Notes: generated by a model not told the origin, from the letters alone. A stretch of DNA of 64,000 bases from Bigelowiella natans CCMP2755 (GCA_000320545.1 ADNK01001386.1:1-64000), one strand, 5' to 3'; positions 36,901-48,135 are shown, counted from the first letter of the stretch. A program made the numbers and translations.

Positions 36901-38971
36901 GTCATTCTTGCAGACTGCAGCTTGGATACTACGTAGGTTCTCCCCTACCTACGCTAGGACTGCAGCTGCTTTTACTACTGCTTACCGGAAGGAGAACTCT
37001 GTAGGCCTCAGCTTCGCTAAGGTGTGGGCCAAGGCTGGCCTTGATGCCCACTTCGATAACCTAATAAAGTTATGCAGCAACACCCTATTGAATGCTAAGC
37101 TAGACACTACTAGACCAGCTACCCTATGGACAGACTGGTCTAAGCTAGGTATGGCTGCTGTACTTACCCAAGACCAGCAGATCATACGGGTGTGGGGCAG
37201 GGCCTGCACAGCAGCTGAGGCCAAGTACAGCCCTACAAAAGGAGAGTATAAAGCCATGACTGAGGCGCAGAGGAAACTAAGATACTACCTGCTGTCGGTG
37301 CCCAGCTTCACCTTAATGACTGACCACAAGCCCCTCCTAGGCATCGACCGCAAGCTCGAAGCGCCTAACGATGAGTATGCAGCTATGAGGGCGGACACGG
37401 AAGAGTTTAGGGACAAGAGGACAGTGGTCTACGCACCAGGAGACAAGCAGCTTGCTGACTATTTCAGCAGGCTGTTCGAAAAGAAAGTCCCTACCCAGGT
37501 CACCCCTATGGTTAACGCGATTACCTTCGAGGACGGCGACTTCCTGCCTGAGCCAGAGGAGCTCCAGCACCTTCAAGAACACCTGGATAAATACAAACAC
37601 AAGCATGAGGTACTTAGTGATAGGATATATGTATACACTAATAATGTTAGGCGTACCTACGTGCCACGGCGGACCAGGGGAGCCCTTCTCTTTACCGCCC
37701 ATGGACCTGCACACGTAGGAGAAAACCATATCACTGCTCTACTCTACCATTACTACTGGCCCTACAAGCTAAAAGAGATAAGGACATACCTGCGTGGCTG
37801 CAGGTGCTCCAGCTTGAAGGCGGCAGGCGTCGCCACCAAGGAGTCCAGCAAGAGCCGTGCATCTAAGAAAATCAAAGCAAGGAACTTCTTAGATATCGTG
37901 CAAATTGATGTTTATAAGTACGATGGCTATCACTACCTTACCTTCGTTGATGTGGCCACTGGAAAGTGCTGGGTTAAAAAGATTATCAAGGTCAACGTTG
38001 CTAAGAAGAACAAAGGCTTATATAAGCAGAGGCTTACTAACTGCTACCGTACCTGGGAGTCTGAGCTCCAGGCTATCCCTGATGAAGTTAGCATAAACAA
38101 GATACCAAAGAAGTTACATGTGGATAATGAGACCTCTCTTCTACAGCTACCACACCCTAATATTGATGCCTCACCTGTATACTATGCCCAGTCCAACTCC
38201 AAGGTAGAGCGACTCCACCGCACCTTGGCCAACCTAAGCAGGATAAATAGCACCACACCAGACAAGATACAAGGGTTAGTAAACGACACCTTCACGTCTG
38301 GGGGAGGTATCAAGGATAAGGAGAGGGAAGAAGGCGACGACAACGACGACGATACCGAGAGCGAAGACGAGAAGGTCCCGTACGATGGCCGAGTTCTAAA
38401 GGAAGGACAGTATGTTAGGGCCAAGGTAAATCTGAGATCGAGAAATAAACAAGACCCCTTCTGGGGTGGCGTTGCAAAGGTTACCGAGAGGAAGGGGAGG
38501 AAGCAGTACTACATCTATGATGGGAACAGGGTCACCTTGCGCCACATCAGTCACCTAAAGAATTATGATATCGGTGAGAAGCTCCTAGAGGATGTTAAAG
38601 TAAACCCTACTGTGTGGGAGCGAGCAATGCCTTGTTTAGGACCCCGACCTAAGTTCGATGTGGAATATGGAAACAATAAGGTCAGGGTGAACGACGATTG
38701 GCGCATGAAGATTGTCTATCTAGGCTACCCTGGATTACGAAATATGGAGAGGGTAGCTATGAAAATAAAGGACGGAAAATATCAGCTACTCTACCTAGCT
38801 GTTCCCGACTTACCCTTTGAGCACTGGTATAAGGTCCTGGGGGACCTTGATGCAGAGGGCTGGTATGGACACGAACCTAAGGACGAAGGTGAGTTCTGGG
38901 TAAGCGACAAAGGAGATAAGGTTAGAGAGGAATCTATTACCTGGTGGTTGGTGAAGTTCCGAAAGCGATGA
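33998..38971 (+). CDS. Gag-Pol polyprotein (1657 aa): Gag, Zn knuckle, aspartic protease, RT, RNase H, integrase, C-terminal extra domain
   Basis: CGYC-x5-H-x4-C knuckle (~35105); ALWDSGS protease (~35544); SPWN, LD..SY.Q, PYGL and YVDD (36662) in RT; TDWS/E/TDHKPL/ADYFSR in RNase H; HGPAH..CRC, QIDV, VDN and SNSKVER in integrase. Confidence 0.95.
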   Translation: MSQQLEEQQDFGSQAVQGHEQKQERKGDTDAKEGGGTPPQAPPGPAPGIKKADAAAEALENFYEADDEDVAAESKKVVMALRALRPRASNYAKLKVSIEYKYQTHDVWAAIMQDIMDYEADLPPEWAALFRNDGGLGASRGTTQSTVKQQQPVQRNTQFMSVKTAPVMITKYNGKRGEARRWWKNARSILCDFTPNPTENDKLKWLAIIKQAMDLYETGRTRIRQLEKIHTTVSGLRDVEAIMKAFVNEQDANSLPQAIRKYRAMMQHEREPVRDFATRFQDMIDELHDFNYNTGDDQARFEEFKLKIKESTYVTEKGYTTMEAAVQAISLREQEQDRKFTSPKVPGIGNINAIKPQRDWYKDREGNRRCGYCSRKGKHTAKDCRDRKEGRPRMTIRQLNEHYEKLKRKKGRGQGYNNSKWQGSNNGKNNKYKNKKQNSINAIQQQINGILDHLKQAPTKTAVPATQDQDKPMTLDDIKNLGVCNINDEDANRTIKVAMTKVKVKDSYGDYKKLPALWDSGSMPKSFISLSTVRRLGLLDQVTKKERKYAQADGSSSMKTVGELMLKLQIPGSDAETQIKTRVAMTLSMELLLGQDALEKLGGIISFYNHKIYFAKLPKKSGRTISQNMIRLDEWTSESSVNALEFMDLADNKLPTPTELRKKNPGKTIRQITELLDKTPPADDWDIDKGKKYINKILNEKYSDITKPTTKPSSKLTPVKIELKKGYEECIINDPEHRRPEADWEKIEWQINEWAKEGKIEPSNSPWNVRHVLAKKPTYPFFRLAHNFIRHNRVIKRIQTPTPRIDDVIEHVIGYKYYSSLDKNESYMQTPIHKTSRPITAFSSRHRKWHFVVFPYGLSISGDAFSSQNYRAYTHDGMASVLWVFVFVYVDDDIICTNTVVAQIFLLENIFIRFAHFGFTIRLQKCTFLATRIKWCGYYLEQGRITPNPEKVAALQQAPKPKNAKELKSFLQTAAWILRRFSPTYARTAAAFTTAYRKENSVGLSFAKVWAKAGLDAHFDNLIKLCSNTLLNAKLDTTRPATLWTDWSKLGMAAVLTQDQQIIRVWGRACTAAEAKYSPTKGEYKAMTEAQRKLRYYLLSVPSFTLMTDHKPLLGIDRKLEAPNDEYAAMRADTEEFRDKRTVVYAPGDKQLADYFSRLFEKKVPTQVTPMVNAITFEDGDFLPEPEELQHLQEHLDKYKHKHEVLSDRIYVYTNNVRRTYVPRRTRGALLFTAHGPAHVGENHITALLYHYYWPYKLKEIRTYLRGCRCSSLKAAGVATKESSKSRASKKIKARNFLDIVQIDVYKYDGYHYLTFVDVATGKCWVKKIIKVNVAKKNKGLYKQRLTNCYRTWESELQAIPDEVSINKIPKKLHVDNETSLLQLPHPNIDASPVYYAQSNSKVERLHRTLANLSRINSTTPDKIQGLVNDTFTSGGGIKDKEREEGDDNDDDTESEDEKVPYDGRVLKEGQYVRAKVNLRSRNKQDPFWGGVAKVTERKGRKQYYIYDGNRVTLRHISHLKNYDIGEKLLEDVKVNPTVWERAMPCLGPRPKFDVEYGNNKVRVNDDWRMKIVYLGYPGLRNMERVAMKIKDGKYQLLYLAVPDLPFEHWYKVLGDLDAEGWYGHEPKDEGEFWVSDKGDKVREESITWWLVKFRKR

Positions 38972-39013
38972 AGGTCTAAGGGAATAAGGAAGGAAGGAAG
39001 GAGCAACGTGACT

Positions 39014-39022
39014 TGGGGGAGG
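39014..39022 (+). promoter_or_regulatory. Polypurine tract
   Basis: TGGGGGAGG immediately abuts the 3' LTR. Confidence 0.85.
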
Positions 39023-39348
39023 TGTAGCGCGTACCACTACGCGGGCACAAGTCACGTGCGACAACAAAGGGGTTGTCGCGGATATAGAATATAGATAACG
39101 TAGATATTAATACAGCATAGGCACGTGGGTTCCGGCGGGACTCATGGCAGCACACCGGAAGTGTGCTGCCCCACGTGCGGCGGCATTCGCGAAAGCTTCG
39201 CGAATGATTACGCAGTGCACGATTTAATAAAAATATAATCTTTAATAAAAATAAACACAACTCTTCAAAAGGAAGCAAACGTGCCTTTCCCCCCCCCTGC
39301 CTACTTGTGCACGTAGCGCCTCGGCCTGTGAACACCTTACGCGCAACA
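39023..39348 (+). repeat. 3' LTR
   Basis: Identical by eye to the 5' LTR; followed by TSD AGCA. Confidence 0.97.
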
Positions 39349-39808
39349 AGCAGGGTGACTCTTTCGGTGACACCTGCTAGCTTGGGGAGCTCTGTCGCTT
39401 CCTGTCTCAGGTGAGAAAGTGAGTGGAATGAATGAATGAAACATCATTGAAACATTGATGACAATTTGACATTCAACACGATGCACAGACAACGTGCTGC
39501 GCTGCTGATGTGGAAACGCGCCATCAGCTCCGACAACTTCTGGGGCGCCAGCAACGCCGGTTTTGAATCACTGAAAAATGATGGTGAATCTGGTCCTGCG
39601 ACATCAACGCGGATGGCTAAGAATCGTGCCCTTCATTGGTTTCGTGTTTGTGCTGTTTTTGTCTCAGAATGCATGTCGCAGGAACAGTATCGAATCATTC
39701 TTCAAATTTTATTCAAATTTTTAAAAATTTAGTGGTGGACCCTGGTGGTGGAGGATTAAGGGGACCGCTGGAACTGCTTTAGCCGTCCCCATCCTCCATA
39801 GTTCTGCG

Positions 39809-40236
39809 ATGGTGGCTTCTGCCCTTTCGTTCTATCTTCTTCTTCTAGTTGTTAGTCATTTGGGAATGAAGATAGATGGGTACCAGAACCAGAATCATAG
39901 ACGTGAGCACCGTCACGGGCATTATCACGCTAAAAAGCAGCAGAGGGCTGATCCGCATCATCATCACAATCATCATAACCATCATCATCATTACAATCGT
40001 CACCAATTCCATCGCATCTCTACAAGTGGAGACGAAGGCGATAAACAAAACTTGGCTGCTATCACACCGAAAAGTAGGAATTTGCTGTTTACTTCTGCTG
40101 GGAACCACAACAGGTGGTAGTGGGTTGAATGTCAATAATACCGAATCCCCATAGATACCCTATTCCTTGTGAGTTCAAAATTTGAATTCAATTACTTTTT
40201 CTCCTCATCGGATCTTTTCTTTTCCTTCTTAACTTC

Positions 40237-40283
<47 letters not shown>

Positions 40284-43200
40284 CATGCATATTTTCTCCG
40301 CAGGCTTGTGGAAAATTGGATGGGAGAGAACCAGAACTACGACATCTTTCTGGTGTACTACGGAGACCAACCGAATGTCTTGGAAAAGTAAAATACTCAA
40401 AACAAAGCCTTCCCCTTCGCCCATGGATCCTCGATCTAGAAGCGCATGGTTTCATCTTTCTCCTCGTGTGCCGTATATCCTCCTGCTGATTACTTCCTCA
40501 CTGCACCGAACTGCGTACGCGTTTTTGACAGGTATCAGAAGAGCTGTCGCTGGGTCGTTCAACACAAGGGGTCCAAAGTACAGAATTTCTATTCTGTGCT
40601 GTTTAATGAGAGGAGGGAAATCTTTAACCAGAGCGACTACATAATGTCTCTCGACGACGATATTTACTTCAGAGATGGGGTAGCCAATTGTAGCAGGGGA
40701 ACAACCCACACATAAACATGATGGGGATGCTACGTACTTGACTAATTTCATCTTTGCAATTTCTATATATTACTATTACTACCGTCCATGGTGCAGTTTT
40801 TTGTCTTCTCTCGATGTTTCTTCGACCCAAAACTAAGGGGCCTACGCGAGCTTCCACGCTATTGTTGTTCACACTACATATAAATCTGACACGCTCGCAC
40901 CCGCCGCATAGATAAAAACGCATAATGCATAAACATATATTACATCAAAGGTGGAAGGCATCAACACCATGTTCGCAGTCGCGCGCAAGTACGGCTTGAA
41001 GCAGGCAATGCCGGCACTGGTGAAATCGAAGAGGACAAAAGGTAGGTCGTAGGTCACCTGCTGCTGATGGCGCTGCTAAGCTCGCACTTTTCACTGCCAT
41101 GATTGAATGAAAACTTCCATTCAAGTCTGTCCCAATGTCTTCTCCTCTACTACTACTACTACTACTACTACCTATTTTTTTTCCTTCACCCCTTTTGCTG
41201 CACCTCCCTCTCCTCCTCCCTAATGTTTGTGTTCTGCTATAGGATATTGGGGAACTGTCGCGGATTATGACGACACTGAGAACTTGGTTCTGAAGTACAC
41301 GAGTGTTGTAGAGCACAACTCAGTCATCGCTTCGAGAGAGGCCTGGGAAAAGACGATGAACATGTACGATGACGAAGGAAGGAGAGGACACTAAAAAAGT
41401 TTAAAAAACGACAACTTTAAATGTTAACGTGGCATCATCGACTTTCAAGGCTCACGAAGCGAACTGGCCATACGAGCGGATACACACACACACAGAGAGA
41501 GAGAGAGGGGGGGGGGGGAGAAGAGTCGATATATGCTCACGTTCGGAGAAATAAGCATACGAGTAATTGATATTTGTGTCGCATAGATATGATCCCGTGA
41601 TCATCGGGTTTGGGATGCCACACCTTGCAGTCTGCGCAAACGGAGTCGATGATGAAGGCTCTTACGCAGTTGTACATAAGGTTCTTTTTCTTGTTGTAGA
41701 GCTCATCATTTACTACTGCTCTCTGCGACCTGTTGTAGTCGAGACCGCTATCATCATCATCATCATCATCGGCCTCATCTGTATCATTTTCAGACGATTA
41801 TGCATAGTAGTAGTAGGAGTAGGAGGGGGAAGAAGAAGAAGAAGAAGAAGAAGAAGAAGAAGGAGAAGGAGCAGTTTTGATAGTTTTGAAAGCAGTAATG
41901 AGCAGTGTCTACAAAGTAGTAACAACTAATCGACGGTCTCAGGTGCTGGCGGAGAATCCTGCGACACGGAAAGAGACGGGAAGACGGGAGGGAGAGCAAA
42001 TCCCTGGTAGTGAGCATCGATTGATATTTTCGCCATTTCTTATTGCGTAGACAAGAACGTTGTGCTCATACAAGCCTCCTCCTCCTCTTGCTCCTCCTCT
42101 TCCTCCTCCTTCTGCTGCAATACTTTTCCAAAGGGTGGTATGATCGCATGTCCGGGTACAATGAATATGCGGAGAAGGTAGTGTTTTTAGGAGAGCAGCA
42201 GCCGTCTTGAAGCTGCTGTTATTCTTCTCGTTAAATTGACGAAAATCCCCCTCAATGTCGCAAAAAAAAGGAGCATACCGGATGCTATTTTTCTGAGAGT
42301 CTTTCTTCGCAAAGTTTAGCGACAATCAATCAATCAATCAATCAATCAGCGTTGATGGTAACACAACTTGCACTTATCTTTTTCTTCTTCTTCTTCTTCT
42401 TCTTCTTCTTCTTCTTGTATAACTGCTGTATTGTAGATCAACTGTCCCAAAAAGGTGGAAGCTGTGAATTACGCCAGTGTGATTGATGATGACCATTATC
42501 ATCATCATCATCATCATCATCAACAACAGCAGCATCAAAATTATAGTCACCATTTTGAGGGGGGGGAGACCCACGAGAGGTCAGGCCATGAGTCCTTTGA
42601 TGATGAGACGAAGATCAGTGAGAGAAATGGCACTACTAGTAGTCGTAGCAACATCCCAGGCGTTATAAGCAGCAACAGCAACAGCAGTAGCAGCAGCGGC
42701 AATGATACTCTCCCTTTTGCAGCGAAAAATAAGACTCATTTGCTGTCAAAGAAAGAGGACGAAGTTACGGATACCCCCCGCATAAATGAGGTCTCTAAGA
42801 GCGATAGTAACGGCAGCAGCAGCACTAGCAATGATACCCTCTCTATAGCAGCGAAAGAGCAGTCTCAGTTCTCGCCGAACGGCAGCAGTGGCACTAGTAA
42901 TGATACTCTCCCTACAGCAGCAACAAAGCAGCCTCAGTTCTCGCCCAAGAACGACGAGGACGAAGTTAAGGGTAAACCATCCCTGGAAGAGATTTCTAAG
43001 AGCTATGATAACGGCAGCAGCGGCACTAGCAATGATACTCTCCCTACAGCAGCAACAAAGCAGCCTCAGTTCTCGCCCAAGAACGACGAGGACGAAGTTA
43101 AGGGTAAACCATCCCTGGAAGAGATTTCTAAGAGCTATGATAACGGCAGCAGCGGCACTAGCAATGATGATCTCTCTTTAGCAGCGAAGAAAGACGACGA

Positions 43201-43709
43201 TGTTAAGGGCCAACCTCCCCTAAATCAGATTTCTAAGAGCGGCGGTAACGGCAGCAGAAGCGGCAGCGACAAAAACAGCAATAGCAACAACAACAACAAC
43301 AACAGCAACAGCAACCGCAACGATACGCTCCCTTTAGCAGCGAAGAATAGGACCCAGTTGCTGCCGAGAAATGACAACGAAGTTACAGATAATCCCTCCC
43401 TCAAAGAGATTTCCATGAGCGATGTAAACAGCAGCAGCAGCAGCAGCAGCAGCAGTGAGGACACGAATAAAGAGAGCAGCTTGCAGACAATAAAGATCAA
43501 CAACATCACCAATGAGACGGGGGCGAGGGTGGATGCAGGAACGCTAAGTCAGCAGCAGCAGCAGCAGCAGCAGCATGTTGCTCAAAATGGGACAATTGCT
43601 CATACAGAGGAGGGGGAGGAGAAGAAGGAGGAGCAGCTTATTGGGAAGACAGATGTTGGTACCCAAGATGATGATGAAAACGATGGTGACAATCATTACA
43701 GATTTGAAG

Positions 43710-43742
<33 letters not shown>

Positions 43743-44545
43743 CCAACACCACCAACAACAACAACAGCGAAGCACACGGCGACAGTATCGATGATCCAAA
43801 GGTAGTACTTACGAAAGCTGTAGCACCCCCCCCGCCTCCTCCCCTCCCTGCTCCTTCTTTCGCCACGTCACCGATGGAGGGCACAAAGGTTGCATTATCA
43901 TCAAAGAGCGGAATGAACGAACAAAGCGCCAGCGTTGGCAATGAATCCACCCACATCACTACTACAAAAGTTGACAGCGACGAAGCTCTTGTTACTTTGA
44001 AAACGGCTGCAAGAAGCACCACAGTCGAGAGCCAAACATCGCAAACCAATGAAACCAAGAGGGATTTGTCTTCACCCGCCTCCTCCGCAAGCAAAACAGC
44101 GACAGAAGAAGGAGGAGGAGGAGAAGAAGAAGAGGAAGTTGAGGGAAACAGCACTGAAAAGAACCAGCTTGGTGGTGAGCAACAGAGCGATGAGAAGGAA
44201 TCGCATGAAAGCCTTTCGGGTCATAGCCAGAGCTCCAGCAAGATCATCAACGGGGCTAGAAGTCCTTCGTCCAGCAATATCGATGAGATCGAGGATGGTG
44301 GAATGAAGATGTTAGACGAGCTATCTGACGCTGTCAATGACTTAGTGAGCAGCAGCAGCAGCAGTAGCAGCAGCATCTCACCAAAAATATTTGATGAGAA
44401 TCAAGGGCAGCGGAAAGTCGTCGAAAATGATACGCCTACGAAGGACAGCAATGAACAGCAGCATCAACAGCAGACAGACAATAGAGACAAGGATCCGCCG
44501 CTAATAGATACAACTACCGGTGAAATTGTCATCAAGTCGGCTTGA
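39809..44545 (+). CDS. Secreted or type II membrane DUF707-like (GT-A-like) protein with a long low-complexity C-terminal tail, multi-exon
   Basis: Hydrophobic N-terminus and His-rich stem. Spliced motifs NLLFTSAG, YDIFLVYYGD, KGSKVQNF, DYIMSLDDDIYF, ARKYGLKQAMPAL, YTSVVEHN, YDPVIIGFG and ENPA. Final exon ~42437-44545 is S/N/D/E/Q-rich; joining it to the gene is inferred. Confidence 0.6.
42878..43170 (+). repeat. 132-bp (44-aa) coding tandem repeat, 2+ near-exact copies with degenerate flanking copies
   Basis: NGSSGTSNDTLPTAATKQPQFSPKNDEDEVKGKPSLEEISKSYD begins at 42878 and 43010; a third, partial copy begins at 43142. Confidence 0.9.
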
Positions 44546-45434
44546 AATGTTGTGAGCATGTAAACACAGATTGTGTGATAGCGAAATCGACGGCTAAGTG
44601 AAAATGCAATTTCTCACATGATCTGTGAAGAGCTCGATGATGTGCAGTCAAATGAAGCATTGCTGTTCATTTGCTGCTGTGCAAGGTCCACACACGTGCA
44701 GCGCTCATGTCATGCGTGCAGCACATCCACACAATCCATCTGTCCATCCATTGGTCATAGACGATGGACACACAATGATGTGCCATGTGTGCAAGGTGTT
44801 GCATGTGCAGCACATCATTGAGTGTCCTCTACCATTCTAGCATTGCACAGCTTTCTGCCACATGACCACATTTCGCATCATGCGATTGCAAAATCCCATC
44901 ATTGCATGAACATCGCGCAATCAGATCACGGTGCCGCAACCTGATCACATCAAAAAATTTCGCCGCACACGATCAGATTGCGTTCGCTGTGATCAGATTA
45001 TTCTGGTTTTGGCGGGAAAACTCAGATTTTTGCTTGAGATGCGGAAGTGATTTTTCTTCCTTTTCTTTTCATTCCCGCATTGTATGTCGTCCACATCGTT
45101 CGTGCACGTTGCATATTGCTTGCGGGGCAATCGTACGACCAAACACACGGATATCATTATAAAGTTGCTGCCAATTTTATTGGCCTAAACATTTGTATGA
45201 TGTTGCTAGTATAGCAGGTCCTCGATTCGATGTCACTGCTGCTGCATAAAGCACAAACATGCATGTGCATGCACCGCAAAATCGACAGGCATGATCGAAC
45301 GATTCAGTGTCTTGAGAGTCATGCATGTATCTTCATTGTAATCATAATGAAAATCCGCGACGTGCACGGCAATAATAACACAGTCATGCTTACAGTATCT
45401 GCATTGCATGCGATGCCATAATATCTTCATTCGA

Positions 45435-47516
45435 CTACTCCGTCTTACCGCGCTTCGTCAGCTTGATGAATTGCTCGAAGAACATGAACGTCAGGATATA
45501 TTGCGGTCTGGGGAGCATAGGTTCAAAGGAAAGCAACATCAAAACAACGCCTTCATGGAAGACCCATGTGAATATATGTGTTAAAAACAAACACATCAGG
45601 GAGTCGAGTCCACGACAACAGCAAATTAGTGCATAGTAAACATTGACACACTCACGATGGCGAATGGACATACATACACACTCACAGAGAGAGAGGGGGG
45701 GGGGGGGGGGAGGGGGGGATGGGAGACCCCATTCGCATGTAGTTAGCAAGCCCTCCTTTATAGAGCGCAAACGGTCCTTCCGTGCGAACCAACTTGGTTA
45801 AGCAGTCTACGGGGCCTTTATACCTTCATAGCGTCCAGCATGCAGCACCAGTTGTCATCGCTCAATAAGATCGCAGCAACAGCAAGAATGGTTTTAAGCT
45901 AATTGTTTTTGAGGGTGTGTGAGATGTGAGTTATCGCTGCTGTCGTTGTCTTTGTTTTTTTTTTTCATTTTGCTGCTTTTTACGACGAACAGTGGATTTC
46001 CATCCTTTGAGAATGGCTGGTTCATCATCCGCGCGCCGATCAGGTCAAATGGCTGCGTTTACACAAGAAAAACAAATGATTCGTGTGCCTGTGGACATCA
46101 AATACTCTGCCATTCCTATATCGTTGTCATGGGGACCTGCATTGCGATGCAAGCGCACGCAGCAGCGAATGCAGACGCTGTCATATGCGTGATGGGACTG
46201 TCGTCTGAGCAACAAAAGCGTAAGAAGCAGCATAGGATAGAAGGATGGAAAATAGTAAAAACTTCAGAAGAAATGGGAATGGCCTTGTTATTCTGTTCTA
46301 CCTGCCCCTCTTTCTATCATCTGCGTCTTCGCTAGGTCGTAGGATGTCATCTACGTAATGACAATGAGGATGATAATGATGATGATGATGATGATGATGA
46401 CGGTAACAATGATGGAGAACGGAGCAGCCTTGGTTTCACGTTAATGATAAGTCAACCATATGCTCATAACCATGCACACATATTCATACTATCATTCACT
46501 CAAACCAATCGGAGCTTCTCCCTAGTACCTGGAAAGCCACAAGAGCGATGCAACGTGGGACAAACGCATCAAGTCCTCGGAAAAAACTGAACACGACAAC
46601 ATTCTTAGAGAAGCGGCAAGGAAAACCTACATCGTCATCGACATGCCCGTTTTGGTATATGTTGCAGCTTGCTGGCCATTCATATTTTAAACAAGAAATT
46701 CGTATCACGTGAAATTGTGGGGTGCGGCATATTCGTTCACACATTTGAATGATTATTCATAAGATATTGCCAGTGTCCAGCAGATACTGCATGCTGACAG
46801 CGTACGCACCCACGGATCCCTTCTTCGCGTGCAATCGTCTTCATTGCATCCAACATTCCTAGGAGGAGTAAATGGCCCAGGAAGACAACGATAGTTCGCG
46901 TAAACTCAGTTACGGTTGGATGGAGGGGGAATGACAGTTTTCATAGTACGTAGGAAAACAACGTGTTCTTTTTGTTTGTTGTACACCTGAGTGTTGATGT
47001 TGGTGGCCGACCACGTTCTCTTGTACTGTAGTCTGCACTTGTAACTACAGAATAGCATAATATCAGCATTAAGGCGTTTGGAAGTCATCATCCACCACCA
47101 CCACCGCTATCGTCCTCCCCACAGTATACCTGCGTCTTTAGCACGAAGAAGGGGCAAGCGATCATACCTACCAATGCACCAAAAGCGCCAAGTGTCATTG
47201 GAGGCAGCAGCAGCAGATAATGTGTGCAATTATGCAAGTACAAATGACGTGGCACTAAAAGAGACGATTGAGGAACGATGAGATAAAAAAGGAAAAAAGG
47301 AAAAATGGAAAAAACAACAAATGATGGAGTTCTTAATGGATGGATGCAGATGCAACATCTACAAGTAACAAACACCTGCTACAGCGCCAGCGGTTAGACC
47401 GAGAAGAAAATTAACGCTACTGTTGTTTTTCGATCCCTTTTCCACTCCCATCCATTGCTGGAAATAACGACTTATGATTAGGTATGGCAACTAGAAGCTC
47501 ATGACATCTTCAGCTG

Positions 47517-47559
<43 letters not shown>

Positions 47560-48135
47560 GTGTGCGCGCGATCCATTCGAAGTGCACGAGGGTGGGCGTG
47601 CTACCACCTTTCCCACATTGTAGACACCGAACCGCGCCGAGTTTCCCACCATTTGAAACCAAACTAATCATTCATTCATGGATGTTTACGAATTGCCTGA
47701 CAATGGATTAACTACGAAGGAGTACACACGTACGCACACACACGCATAGACACAAGCATATACTACTGTTGCAAATGTCAGTACGTCAGTGGCTTTTAGT
47801 TAAAGAACAACACTTAAAAGAAGATTGGTTCTCAAGTCACTGACTCGCAGGAACAAGGCCTCGGTAAAGGCCTTTGAGGCCCTCCTTTTGCCCGATGTGC
47901 ATGAGTCCAGAGAAAACGCCATTGTATGCGCGCTGTCCTGCTCCCATCTCACCCTGCATTTGGAGCCGACTCTGCGAAAGAAACGCAAAGGAGAGGAAAA
48001 CTTAGCAGGATGCAATGCTGTCTCGATGCGCGTTCATCCAGCAACGGCAACACGGGCTACCTTGACGACGTCAATGGGATTCACGATGCAAATAGCACAT
48101 GCTGCGGACACGCCTCCACAAAGAAAGTTCTCCAT
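45435..48135 (-). CDS. Mitochondrial carrier family protein (OAC1/SLC25A34-35-like), multi-exon
   Basis: Spliced motifs MENFLCGGVSAACAICIVNPIDVVK-SRLQMQG, EGLKGLYRGL, CPFFVLKTQ..VGHQH, PFDLIGARMMNQP, DCLTKLVRTEGPFALYKG and PQYILTFMFFEQ. Confidence 0.85.

Larger units (their letters stand above)
33633..39348 (+). mobile_element. Intact Ty3/Gypsy-type LTR retrotransposon
   Basis: Two 326-bp LTRs (TG...CA), 4-bp TSD AGCA (33629-33632 and 39349-39352), PBS, PPT, and a single gag-pol ORF in PR-RT-RH-IN order. Confidence 0.97.
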
